From assembly GCF_036321535.1 (NCBI RefSeq), contig NC_087436.1, forward strand, positions 90,336,001 through 90,400,000: a DNA stretch of 64,000 nucleotides. The letters are read 5' to 3'. Below the pieces are notes generated by a model that saw only the letters and a list, made by a program, of their open reading frames with translations, was not told the DNA's origin and made no database searches. Shown here piece by piece: positions 24,901 through 38,020 of the stretch (position 1 is the stretch's first letter; each line of letters begins with the position of its first letter). The position numbers and the translations under genes are program-made. Source of the DNA: Camelus dromedarius (Eukaryota).

Positions 24901-26409
24901 AATTATTTATGACCCAAAAGACTCATAAACAGAGAAAGCTTAAAAGTTAAAACAAACAAAAACCTCTTCAATCATCTGGCTCCTGTAGCCAGCAGTCCCC
25001 ACCATCTGTCAGTGCTGGGAGGAGGAAAGGATTCCATCTATACCACTGGAGCTTTACTTGCAAGGTTGTATTGCTTGCTGTGTGCTTGCTCTATTCTCTC
25101 CACTGCACCTTCCAGACCATAATTGAAGTGAGAATTGTTTGTTTTTCCTTCACCATGGCTAATCTGTCTCATCTGGCTTTGCATCAAGCATCCCCCTACT
25201 GTGTATCTGACAGACTTTTTCTTATTTATTCTCTTATTTCTTATTCAAGAAAATAAATTTTTCACCTTCAAAGTAGTTTGTGTGGGGCTGCCATGTTATC
25301 ATTTTCTTTGTGCAAACAGTTTTTAAAAACTGTAATTGCTGCAAAATTCCAATGATCATAAGCATAGCAAGGACTTGTGATAAAAGAAACAAAATGAAAA
25401 AAGAGGGAAAGTGTGCATTTGATTTGAAATGTCTTAGATATTTCTTTAGTGTTATTCTTTAGGGTTGATAAATTTTAAACTGTTTAAAAATTTTGTATAG
25501 AATGTCCTTCCAAAGTCATCAATTACTTGATATTAAAAAAGTTTGAATAAAATTGTATATAAGATTATACTCCATTAAATTACTTTTTCTTATTTTACAG
25601 TGTTTTATTAGAATTTTTTTACTATCCCACATTAAAAAAGAAAGATTGCTGTTTGTATCTGAATTCAAAAATCTCTTTTAAAAATCTGCTTCAAGTAGAG
25701 AAAAGTGTAGAATATATAAAGCAACATTCATTGAAGAGCACTATGAAGGGCACATAAACATACATAAACTGTTTAATCATACAATTAATCAAATAAATGC
25801 CAAGTGAAATGATGAGATATATTTTAAACTTCAAAACATGTAACAGTGATGGTTTTAATGATAATAAATTACTGTGAATTTGGAGCATGGCCAATATTGT
25901 AACATAACTCTTAGAAAGAATATAATTTTGTTCATTTTGCCTGGGAGGCAATCTGAGCACAATGTTTTGATATGGTCTCTTTTTATTCAAAGAAGCTAAC
26001 CAGAGACATACTCGACATTGTATATATATGAGATACATACAAATATTTTAATAATACTTTGCTATCATTATTAAAGTAATACGAAAAATATGAGACAAAA
26101 TTAAAATTCAGTAAAATAATTCTAAAAATATTATTTCTATCTTATTTTATACTGTTTCTAGATCCAAGTTTTAATGTGGAATATAAACTTAGAATTTTCA
26201 AATCTTAGAATTATTTAAAAATTTGAATTTTCTAAATTTTAATGAGAACATAATTTTTTGATGATTTAAAATATTTTATCTAGGTGGATAAAATGTGACT
26301 TTACATTCTTTATCTTCTTATAAAGCGATATATTTACCCACTGGGACAAAATAGAATCTATTTCAATAATTCATGGCAATGTATTAGAATGCATCCCATT
26401 TAGTTTATG

Positions 26410-26652
26410 CTCAAATACTCTTTTAAATATCACTCTTTCTGTAAAGCTAACCCTTTCTACCTAGGTGGTTTTGGTAGTTTCTACATCTATGTTTCAGTTG
26501 CATATTATTCAGTAACTATCATGTGTGGTTGTAAATCTTTTTTGTATATGTTTTTCCACCCAATCCTAGGCTTTTGCTTTTGATATTTTCAATGCCCAGA
26601 AATGCAGCCCTTTTTACACAGTGGGCACCTAAGAATATCTGTTGAACAAATC
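26410..26652 (+). mobile_element. L2 LINE 3' fragment
   Basis: 'ttaaatatcactctttctgtaaagct...acacagtgggcacctaagaatatctgttgaacaaat'. Confidence 0.6.
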
Positions 26653-27147
26653 TCCTAAGCCAGGAATATAAAATACATAGAACTTACACCATACTTCTTA
26701 ATAAAGACTCCCCCTTCCCGAGCTTAAATTAGTCATTAATAATCAACTATGGCAATTATTTCTTCTTGATCCATATTTGGTTTCAGATCTTTCTTGATCT
26801 AAGACTCCATGCAGCAACTACCCAAGAATTAATTTAGACATTTTGCTTAGACTTACTCTTCCTATCTTCAGCCTTCTAAATGCTTTAAAGCTCTTGGAAT
26901 ACTTGTCTCCACCAATATGTAACATCCCTAGCTATATCTTATTGTGCTTCTCTAATTCTTTTGAGTAAACTCATGACCTGGCTTGACTGTTTCCAAGGTA
27001 TATGGGCAACCATTATGAGCTTCCTCTTCCACCACTCCAGGAGTCAAACCTCGCTTCTGTATTTGCCATCTGTGACAAGGGTCTTACTCTAACCGCAATG
27101 TCCCCCTCACACCATGACATTGAGGCTGTAAAAAGTTACATTACTCT

Positions 27148-27208
27148 ATATATATATATATATAGTATATATATATATAAACACATATATATATATATAT
27201 ATATATAT
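27148..27208 (+). repeat. Imperfect (TA)n microsatellite
   Basis: Directly visible interrupted TA run. Confidence 0.95.
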
Positions 27209-27529
27209 CAGATTAATTAGCCCTGCTAGTATTTGAGACTAATATATGTCCTTAAGTATTTTTGATAAACTCTGCTCAGGATGTTGCTGCAACCCTGAGC
27301 AAGTTCCAAGGTGAGAAGAATAGTATGAGACCCTGAGGCATTCCCTCAGGGCTCTGTCAGATGTTCAAAATACAGAAGCACAATTCACTGAGGAAAAGGT
27401 TCATATCCTCCTTCTGGCGCTAGCGTGACACACAAGGAAAATGGTCTTCCATCCCTAAAGCAGCCCAATTTGAGATAAGAGATAGCAGATGGAAGTCAGC
27501 AAAGCAAAATGCCAAGATGAGCTTAAACA

Positions 27530-27690
27530 CATTTATCACCTTCTTTCTTCAATAAGCATTTCCTGGTTTCTATCAATCTTCTACTAGATTCCAGAGTTTT
27601 GGTAAAGTTGATTCTGACAGTTTTTGCCAGCTTGACTGTTGCTTCAATGGAAAAATAGGTCCTCGGTATTCCCTACTCCCCCATTTTTAG
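27530..27690 (-). mobile_element. Old L1 (L1MC/ME-type) extreme 5' end
   Basis: 'ttccagagttttggtaaagttgattctgacagtttttgccag...ccctactcccccatttt'. Confidence 0.65.
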
Positions 27691-29184
27691 CCTCAGGTCA
27701 GTGGAGCTCCTTGGATGTAATGTGAGAAATTAGAACTTAGCTGCATAAATATTGTTAATATTATGCAAGATCTTAGAAAATGATTATAAGCAGAGCTGAT
27801 ATTACTTACTGAATTATCAGCTCTGAAATCTATAATAATGCTCTTTACCTGTTACATTTACAATCACACATTAACCCCTTTCACTTCCTAGCTATTTTTT
27901 GGGTCTCTATTTCCCAGGTTTAATATAACCATTTTTGGCAGGGTTTTCATCTGCAATAAATAGATTACATAGGTGGTACTGAAGGGAAAAAATAAAATAT
28001 TGACATACTTAAAAAGGGATATATGTCTTGTAAGGGAAATCTTTCTTGTGTGTTTTGGAGTTTAGTGACAACAATCATATTACCATACCTTAGTATTAAT
28101 TTATTAGTTTCATTGTTTAAACAGAATACCATTCTTGATGATAGTCATTTGACAATATCAATTTAGATTGTCGATTTCTATATTTGAGGATGTAATTTTA
28201 TAAAATAATAGAGGCAAAAGATTTAAACAAACAGAATTAAACTATTTATTCCCAGAGACAGAGTTCTATGAATATGGGTATATTCCACATATTGTTCTTT
28301 ATAGTTTGTTTTTTCTTCTTAGATCAAACTTCAGTGTGTTAGGATTAGGATCAATTTTATATCATTGTACACAATGACTACTTCTTCCTATATTTTCTTT
28401 GAGTGTTTTAGAGCATCTAATGCTCATGTTCTAAATATAGTATTTTAAATGTGTGCATCATAAAGCTATTTGTCATAGCTATTCATTTGCTCTGCCCAAA
28501 TATGTAAATATCTAAATGTCCTTTACTACTGCTCCAGACAATTCAGAGCTTTTAATTCACTAGCTACATTTAAGTACTACTGACTTAATGTATATATTTA
28601 AAACAGATGTCTGGGAATTGAATTAAGCATAAATTGTTCACTTGCTATAGTATGGGCTGCTTTTCCAAATTCCTGTCTTCAAAACAGGGCTGTGATAACC
28701 AAAGGTCAAAGAAAGTGTTGTTTAAAATCTATCACCTTTAGATAATTCTTACCTTCACAATTTTCTTCACATTTTCTTATATTGTTCCCCACTATTAAAA
28801 CAGAACTAGAAACAACAAGATGTATTCTTCAACAATTACAAGTAAAGGTCACTTACATTCTGTAAAGATATATACGCAATTTCCATAAAATCCATTTACA
28901 AAAGTTACCGCCACAAAGACAATTGGTGGCAAATTTGTTCTAAATTATTTTAAAAGTCTTATTTTAAATTGTAGAACAAATGTTAGAGACTCTAAGACAA
29001 GACAAATAATAATCACTCTAGTGCCAAACAATGAAAATGTACAACCTGATTTGTTTACCAAAAAGAGTATATAAATACAGTTAAATAATTTTTTATTTCC
29101 CAGGTGACTGGAGAGATAGAATTATCATACACAAAAATCTCACTTTTAAAACCTACCAAAAATAATTAAAACAACTATGATATT

Positions 29185-29457
29185 GCAAACTCAATGTCTG
29201 TGTTCCCTCAAAATTCATGTGTTGAAGCCTAATCTCCAATGTGATGATATTTGTAGGTAAGGCTTTGGGGAGGTAATTAGGTCATGAGGGTGAAGCCCTT
29301 AAGAATGGAATTAACGCTCATACAAGAAAAGATAGACTCCAACCATACTGGCACTCTGATCTCAGATTTCTAGCCTCCAGAACCCTGAGAAATAAATGTT
29401 CGTTTTTTTAAGCTCGTCTACAAAATTTTTGTTACAGCAATCTGAACTGACTAATCA
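29185..29457 (+). mobile_element. MaLR solo LTR (MLT1A/B-like, internally shortened)
   Basis: 'ccctcaaaattcatgtgttgaagcctaatc...ggaggtaattaggtcatgagggtgaagccc...gcctccagaaccctgagaaataaatg'. Confidence 0.9.
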
Positions 29458-29539
29458 ATAAGAATTTTACAGACTTTCAATTTTATTATTATCTGATGTG
29501 CATAGTAACTGGAACAAAACTAATACAATATTTCATCTA

Positions 29540-32206
29540 AAAGTCATAGATGATTTGATTCAATAATCAAAAAAAGCATTTGGCAACATATAACATCCTT
29601 ATACGATAAAAACCCTTAACAGTTTGGGTATAGAAAGAACATACTCCAATATAATAAAGACCATATATGACAAACTCACAGCTAATCTTATATTCAGTGG
29701 AGAAAAAAAGAAAACATTTCCTCTAAGTTCAGGAATAAGACAAGGATGCTCACTCTCACCATTCCTACATTCCTATTCAACATAAGTACTAAAAGTACTA
29801 GCCAGAGTATTAGGCAAAACTCAAAGAAACAAAAGACACTCCAATCAGAAAGAAAGAAAAAAGTGAAACTGTCACAATTTGCTGAGGATATGTCTTTCAT
29901 ATAGAAAATCCTAGTCAGTTAAAAAAGGAATATGTTGGAATTTATCAATAATTTCAGTAAAGTGGCAGAATACAAAATCAACATACAGAAATTAATTGCA
30001 ATCCTTTACATTAATGATGAAGCATCCAAAAATGGAATAAAGAAATTATGCCATTCACAATAGCATCAGAATAATAAAATACTTAGGCATGAATTTAACC
30101 AAGGAAGTGAAAGATCTGTAAAATGAAAACTATAGGCTTTGCTGAAGTAAACTGAATAAGATAACCAAATGAAAAGACATCCCACGTTCACTGTACAGGA
30201 GAATTAATATTGTAAAAATGGCCATACTACCCCAAACCATCTACAGATTCATCAAAAATCCCCATCAAAATATCAAAGGCATTCTTGACAAAATTTATGA
30301 AACAATCCTAAAATTTGTGTGGAACCAAAGGACTCTGAATAGCCAAAGTAATCCTGAGAAATAAGAACAAAGCCAGAGGTATCACAATTCCAGATTTCAA
30401 AATATCCCACTAAGCCATTGTAATAAAAACAATGGTACTGACACAAGAACAGAAACACTGACCAACGGAATAGAATAAAACCTCAGAATTAAATCCCGGT
30501 ATATATGCTCAACAAGGGAGCCAAGAATACCCAATGGGAAAAGGATAGTCTCTTCAACAAACAGTGCAGTGAAAACTGGAGAATCTCATGTAGAACGATG
30601 AAATTTGACCCCTATCTCACAACAGTCATAAAAACTAACTAAAAATGGATCAAAGACTTAAACATAAGACTTGATACCATATAACTCCTAGAAGGAAGCA
30701 AAAGTAAGAATCTCATTGATATTGGTATTGGCAATGATTTTGTTTTAATATGATGCCAAAGCACAAACAATAAATCAGCAAATGAGACTACATAAAACTC
30801 AATAGCTTCTACACAGCCAAAGAAACAGTTAGCAAAATAAAAAGACAACCTACAGAATGAGGGAAAATTTTAGCAAACCAGGTATCAAGTAAGGGGCTAA
30901 TATTCAAACATATATAAAGACCTCAGTCAACTTGATGACAAAACAACAAACAATCCACTTAAAAACTGGGCAAACTAAATGAACATTTTTCCAAAGAGGG
31001 TATCAAAATGGCAACAGGCACATGAGAAGATGCTTAACATCATTAATCTTCAGGCAAATGTAAATTGAAACCACAATAAGATATCACATTATACCTGTTA
31101 AAATGGATATCATCAAGAAGACAAGGGACAACAGGTGCTGGCCAGAATGTGGTGAAAAGGGAAAACTTATACATTGTAGGTAGGAATGGAATTTGTCCAG
31201 CCACTATACAAAACAGTATGGAGGTTCCTCAAAAAGTTAAAAATAGACCAATTATATGTGGAATCTAAAAAAAGACAAATGAACTTACTTACAAAATAGA
31301 AAAAGACTCACAGACATAGAAAACAAACTTATGATTACCAGCGGGAGAAGAGGGTGGGAAGGGATAAATTGGAAATTTTGAGATCTGCAGATACTAACTA
31401 CTATATACAAAATAAACAAGTTCATACTGTATAGTACAGGGAACTATGTTCAATATCTTGTAGTAATCTATGGTGAAAAAGAATATGAAAATGAATACAT
31501 ATATGTTCATGTATGACCAAAGCATTATGCTGTACACCAGAAATTGACACAACATTGTAAACTGACTATGCTTCAGTTAAAATAAAACTAGATCTACCTT
31601 TGATACATCAATTCCACTTACGGTTATATACCCAAAGGAAATGGAAACAGAATTTTTATGATATATATGCACTCCCATGTTTGTTACAGCATTATTCACA
31701 CTAGCCAAGACATGGAAATAACCCAAATGCCCATCAAGAATTAAATAGATAAAAAGATATGGTACATATATAAAATGAAATATTATTCAGCCATGAGAAA
31801 GGGGGATATCTCCCTATTTGCAACAACACAGTTGGACCTGAGCACATGTTAGTACATGAGATAAGTCAGACAGAGAAGGCAAGTACTTATACAGTATCAG
31901 TTATATGTGGAATCAAAAAAGATAAACCTGTAAAAACCAGAGAGTAAAATGGTGGTTACTAGGGAATGAGGGTATGGGGATAAGGATGATGGTATTTAAA
32001 GAGACAGACTTGTAACAAGTAGTAAATAAGCTGTAAAGATCTAATGCACAGTATAATGAATATAAAAGATAATATTGTACCATAATTATGAAACGTGATA
32101 TATATCACTACATTGGCAATCATATTACAATTTACAAATGTATCAAAGTAACATGCTGTACCTCTTAAATTTATACAATGTTACATACCATTTTTTTCAA
32201 ATAAAA
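29540..32206 (+). mobile_element. 5'-truncated L1 (ORF2 RT to 3' UTR, L1MA-like), disrupted
   Basis: ORF2 signatures 'tcaggaataagacaaggatg', 'tacaaaatcaacatacagaa' and 'atggaggttcctcaaaaagtt'; 3' UTR ends in 'aataaaa' at about 32200. Confidence 0.92.
31248..31583 (+). mobile_element. Younger L1 3' UTR fragment nested in the older L1
   Basis: 'ttatatgtggaatctaaaa...gctgtacaccagaaattgacacaacattgtaaactgacta'. Flanked by 'aaaaataga' (31239) and 'aaaactaga' (31584); host ORF2 resumes afterwards. Confidence 0.85.
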
Positions 32207-32569
32207 TTTTAATGGTAAAATGACAATTTAATACTTCCTTCACATACTTGTTGGAAAGATAAAATGGCATTATGTGAAACACTTAAGATGACCTCAAATA
32301 TATATAAAACATAATCATCAAATACTACTTTATTTATTGGTATCATAAGTTCCCATCCATCATTTTATGCATTGCACACAAGTGTATGTATGTGTGATTT
32401 GTGTGTGTAGATATTCATTCATTCAACAATATTTATTGGATTCCTACTCTAGACATTAAAGTTTATACATATAAACAACAGCTCTTTAGAAGTAATATCA
32501 TGTAACAAATGAGGTGTTAAATTCTGTTACAGCATTATAGAAGATAGGGAGGATGACAAAACACTATTT

Positions 32570-32815
32570 TATCTCATGTTTCCTAGAAACGACAGAACCT
32601 GAGGCATAATATGAAGTGCTTATACTTTACTGGAGAGTGAAATCCAGTGGAAACATAAGTAAAGGAAAGAGGAGTGTGAGACATGGAAGGAGACTAGAAA
32701 TATCATTAAGTGTATTAATGAACTGGCATCAGATTTATAACAAGAATGGTTGCAGCAGCCAGTGGGAAGAGGTAATGGATTGTAAGGACTTCCTGCAGAT
32801 GCTCGTGAATTAGGC
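32570..32815 (-). mobile_element. ERVL LTR fragment (LTR16/LTR33-like)
   Basis: 'ttcctagaaacgacagaacctgaggca...tttactggagagtgaaatccag...gtgagacatggaagg'. Confidence 0.5.
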
Positions 32816-32824
32816 CTTTATTCA

Positions 32825-33085
32825 AGAGAAGCAGCCTAGCATCATTCTTAAGAGTAAACATTTTTGAACTTAGACATATATGGGTTAAAACCTGTCTAGC
32901 CCCCTAAATCTGTTTAACTTTCGACAAGTTACTTAAGTTCCCTATTTCCTAGGATACACATCTTTAAAATAGGGATAATAACAGTTGTTCAATACATAAA
33001 CTTATTGCTAGAATTAAAAATACTCAGAATGCTAATCCAGGACCAGCTACATGATAAACCCTCAATAATATTTACTTTTATTGCA
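32825..33085 (+). mobile_element. MIR SINE
   Basis: 'gagaagcagcctagcat...acaagttacttaa...catctttaaaatagggataataacag...ctcaataa'. Confidence 0.8.
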
Positions 33086-36000
33086 TTATATTACTGTGGT
33101 TGGAATGCATACAAAACATCACTGATAAATGTATTTTATATAAGGAAATATTTTGAACTTTAAACACTTGTTTTAAAGGGCTAACGATAACACTTTTCAA
33201 AGACTGATATAGTGGAATAAAACCTTCAACTTGCCAACAACTCTATAGTATTGGCTACCCTAAATATAACCTCATCTCTTTTGATGCTGAAATCCATTTT
33301 TAAAGCTCTAAAGAAAAAAAAAAAAGAGCCTTTTTGTTCAGGTAAGTGTTGCACTCTGGACTAAATAAGAATCTGCTAATTTTGATTTTCCTTGTGAAAT
33401 TGTTTTGATGAACTTCAAATCAGTGACTATTTTGGTAAATACTATGTCAAAAAGTCAAGTAGAGGATGGTTTCAAGAAGAGTCTTTAGTATTTACAGAAT
33501 TTTTAGTCTCATTTTATTTTCAAAAAATTACTTACATTAATTATTTCTTAAAGATATAAAAACATAATTTTAATACACACTGAATTTAATTTGATTTGGT
33601 TTCCTGAAGAAAGACTAAGGCAATTAATTCTAAGACTTACAACAATATAATTGAATGAGAACACTGTAACTGTTACCTTGTTATTTTTTCATGGACATAA
33701 TAATATTTTATGCATAGATTATTAGAAACTGATTGAGACTCTGAAAGGGTCACTCAATTGATTAACAACTTCCTTGTCAGAACTATGAACAAGTAAAAAA
33801 TGAATCAAGAAGTATCTGGTGAAGGCCAGAATATTTCTTTTATTGCTGTTAAAGACTTAGCTATAGAAGGCAAACCCACATGGGAGTTGCTTCTCACATA
33901 GTGAGGGATAGCAAGCCCATGGATGAATGTCAATAAGTGAGTTACCTGCAGGCAGCGGGCTCCCAAGGGCAACTGTACGTAGAACCATGCATACCTAGTT
34001 ACTCTGCTTCTTTGTGGGCGTGACTATGGAGAAGAAGAGAGAGCTGTAATGTTCCAGAGAAAATCTCTCCTCATGGAAATCAGGAATCGGGAACAAGTAT
34101 TCCCCTCCCATATGAATGATCCATTAGTGCACAGGATTCCATGTTAAAAGTGTAATTTCAGTAAATCTCTAATGGCTACAGAGCAAAAATGACTTTCTCA
34201 CAATTTGGAAATTGTAAGAAAACAAAACAAAACAAAAATACTAGGCACAAGAATGGTGGTAAGGAAGTAAACTCTTCTTTCTACAGCAGTTTAAAGACTT
34301 ATTGATGTTTGTCAAAGTACATTTTCCAAAACATTACAAATATGACTCATAGAAATACAGGATGAACATCTGTCACATTTACCTAATTAATGAGAGAAAC
34401 TGCATGATAGTAAATTTAGTTCAAAAGAGATTTTGATAGTATGTTGTGAGCATTGAGTGAGTATACAGTGAGTATGTGTCAGCACTGAAAAAATAATTCT
34501 AGAGAGAGATTAGTAATTTAGACACAAAACTCGATTTGTAGGCAATGAAACAGTAAACTTTGGGTTAGTGTTATCTGATGTACTGCACATAAATGGTTTC
34601 TGTCTCTTCCAGACAAATATCTGGAAGGTATCGTGTTATCTTGGAGAGTCTGATTCAAAATCAGTGGTAAATATTAAATAAAACAAAGGCACTTTTCTCT
34701 AAAAAATCAAATAATTCTAGGATGGGACTGTTAAATGCTTCACTTTGAGCCTTTGAAAAGATGTGCAGTCATTTTTTACCTGATTTTTAGTTTATGTACA
34801 ACTTTTAAACAGTTTCTTCAATGTGTTTAATTGAGAATAATATACCTATGGTAGAAGAACGCATAAGTCCTAGAAGGAGAAAACGATGGTCTTTGAACTG
34901 TGAGGCCAGTACCTTCTCCATTATATTGCAAACCTTACAAGAAAGTTTCCAACAATACCATCCTCAAAAATAAAACTATCTAAAAATGAGTGTCCAGGAG
35001 GCAAGAACCAGTTTTCAGATCTTAGAGAGGTGGGACAACAAGAATTGTATTCTTAGAGTAGCGAGAATTGAAGTCAGCTCCTTAGACTCCTGGAACACCT
35101 GTTAATCATTAAGTTTTCCACTTTTGTCTAAGTATTTAAAAAACTGTACTTAACATAAAAATAAAAAATGAGTTTCTAACTTATTCTAATCAGAATAGTG
35201 TCATCGTTGTGGAATGGAGTAAAAAGAATACATCTAATAGTACCTGGTGTGGGGGACAGACTAATAAATTAATGGATGGTAATTCTTTGGGCTTAAATTA
35301 GTTGACACAAGAAAATTATATATGTGAATATTTCTGCTAGAAATCATTTCCCTATAAACGGATCTTTGTAAATGTATTTATAAGCATAGATGTTTTTTAG
35401 AACAGAAACATGTATGCAATGCTCTGTATAACATTTCAATATGCCAGATGGAGCATTTATAGCAAAGAATCTACTCCCTGAAAGCACTAATAGTAAATAC
35501 CTATTCAAGATGGTATGTATTTTTTAGACTTTACTGAGATGTGTTTTTAAAGACAGCTTAGCATACTCCAGTTTGTGATGAGAAGGGATTTGTGAATAAT
35601 CAGGAACAGGATGTCATATCACATTGCATCCACTCAAACACTGCAGACACAACTCTTGAAAAGGTCTGAAGTCCCCTTAGAGACATCTGCCTCTTCAGGG
35701 TGTACCCAAAGCATTCTAAAAGGATAACAGAGACACATCCCCAGATATTCAGAGAGGAATATAAAAAGCTCAGGTTGAAGGAGATTTTATAATTTTTACT
35801 CTATTAATATTTCAAGGACAGTAGGTTGCATTCTAGAGGGCTGCAGAGTTCAATCTTAAGTGCTGTGATCTTTTATTGTAAGTACAACAATCAAAACTCT
35901 GTTAGCTTATTGCATATTCATACTGCAAGTGAGAGTAAAATACCTCACACTCATATTATTTTTGTAGCTTAAAACATACATAATGACCGCATGAACACAT

Positions 36001-36879
36001 AGTTTATATTTATTCCTAAATATTTTGGGATAAATTATTAATTGGAATTGAGCTCCCAGTATAATACCGGCACTAAAGTTGAGGGTGAGAAACACCAGAT
36101 TGATTTGTGTGACTTTTGGAAAGAAAGATGAAGTATTTTGAAAGTGAGTCAACACACACAAATAGTTTTTCAAAATGTGTTTCAGGAAACCTCTAGTGTT
36201 TTCCAGTGATGCTTCAGGATTCTTTCATTACTTGATTCAATTTTAAATGTAAAATGTAATTTAATTTTTAAACTATAATAATAAGAGTGGAAATTTAAAT
36301 TTGCTTATATTAAGCCTTAATAAAAACAATGAATGTGTCAACTTTAGCTATCAGGTCAACTCAGAATGAAGCTCTTCAGTCATCTCTGAGCACATATTTA
36401 AACTTCTTATAAATGTCATTGACTTGGAATGTCACTGCTCTGCAACTATCTTTAAAAATGAGGTCCTGGATATGTCTGGTCATGTAAAATTTTATAGAGC
36501 ACTCTGGTGGAGCACAGATCTATTTATTCAAATAGTGGAACAAATTCAGATGCATGTTCTTGAGGCAAGCACTTACCATGCTTGTATCAAAATGCATGTA
36601 AAAATAAAACCATACTATAGACATGATACCTCCTTCAGTTTTCCACATGTATCCCTGGCTTTAACATATATAAGGATTTTGAGTAAGTTTTAGATATTTT
36701 TAATCTCCTGAATCTAAACATCCACCTGATATAAGAGTCTGGCTAGCTTAACTACAAATTAACCTGAACTTGCAAGGTAAGGTATCAAAATGGATGGTTT
36801 CAGACTTATTTTACGTGACTTTAAAAATATTAACAATATATAAACAAAAGTGTAATCTCTCAGCTTTTTACCAATTTAC

Positions 36880-37370
36880 ACACTTGCTTTTACGTCTCTG
36901 CACTTCTGCCATGGGTTTCAATATGCCTGTGTTATTCACATACAGATCTCCAGCGTAAATAGCACTTCATCAGAGTGTCTTGGAATTACCCTAATTAAAG
37001 ATTTATTTCGTTTCCTATTTTTAATGTTTTTTTTTTCCAGCTCTATTGAAGTATAATTGACAAATAAAAAATCTGTATATTTCTGGTGTACAACATGATG
37101 AAACATATCCACCACTTCATACAGTTGCCATTGTGTGTGTGTGTGTTTGTGTGAGTTGGTGTGTGTGTTTGTGGTGAGAACTTAAGATCTACTCTCTAAA
37201 CACATTTCAAGTACACAGTACAGTATTATTCGCTATAGTCTTAACTGATGCATTATATGAAGTTACCTTAGTATTTATTTCAGTGATTTTTGTCTTTTTC
37301 AATTTTCTATGCTGTAAGTTCCATGATGATAAGGATTTTGTCTGTCTCATTCAAGAGTGTCTGGAAACAA
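36880..37370 (+). mobile_element. L2 fragment interrupted by an L1 3' end
   Basis: 'tgcacttctgccatgggtttcaatatgcc' on the left; 'tgtaagttccatgatgataaggattttgtctgtctcattca' on the right. Confidence 0.55.
37027..37240 (-). mobile_element. L1MA-type 3' end with an internal (TG)n tract
   Basis: Poly(T) then 'ctattgaagtataattgacaaataaaa...tgtggtgagaacttaagatctactctc...ttcaagtacacagtacagtatt'. Confidence 0.85.
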
Positions 37371-37829
37371 TCATACTAAGGAGAGAAGACTAGGAAGTAA
37401 GGACAGGAGGTAAGAGTTGGAAAAGTGAAAAAGTAAAACTGTACAAAAATCCCAAGAATACTAAAATGCCCCTGAAAATTTGGTAGGTTCAAATACCATA
37501 ACACATTTTAACCAAAATATAATACACATATTCTGTTTCACAGTTCAAATTTATACTATAGATATTATAATGTATATATAAAGTATTATTCTTATAAATA
37601 ACCAGCGTGGGAAATGTAACATGTCAATATTTCATAGTAAGATCTCCAAATCATTTACTGCAGAGTATTTTGTACCGAGTGCTGTCGTCCCTAAAGATGG
37701 ACTTTCCTTAGGTACATATCCCTCCTGTTCTAACTGTGCTTCATGCCATGGCCTCTTATCTAGGACTTTATTATATTTTAATTTATAAATAAGATTAGAG
37801 ATTAAAATGTTCATCTGTGGAGTATATAG

Positions 37830-38020
37830 AAGCATAATAATTTGTTAATGTCTGCATTCTATCAGACACATTCCAGTTATTTCATGACCTGACAAGAAGA
37901 GTTCAATTTTACTTTATAAACACAGAAATTTAGGTCCATAGGAAGTGGAGAATATCTGCACGGCCATTCAATTAGTAACATTTTGGGGATTTCATGTCAA
38001 TCTCTCTGACCCCACATCTA
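37830..38020 (-). mobile_element. MIR (diverged)
   Basis: 'actttataaacacagaaatttaggtccataggaagt...tctctctgacccca'. Confidence 0.55.

Noticed and set aside
37664..37711. Possible 48-nt coding exon (EYFVPSAVVPKDGLSL)
   Set aside because: Weak acceptor and donor (TAG|gtacat), and no recognisable protein similarity.
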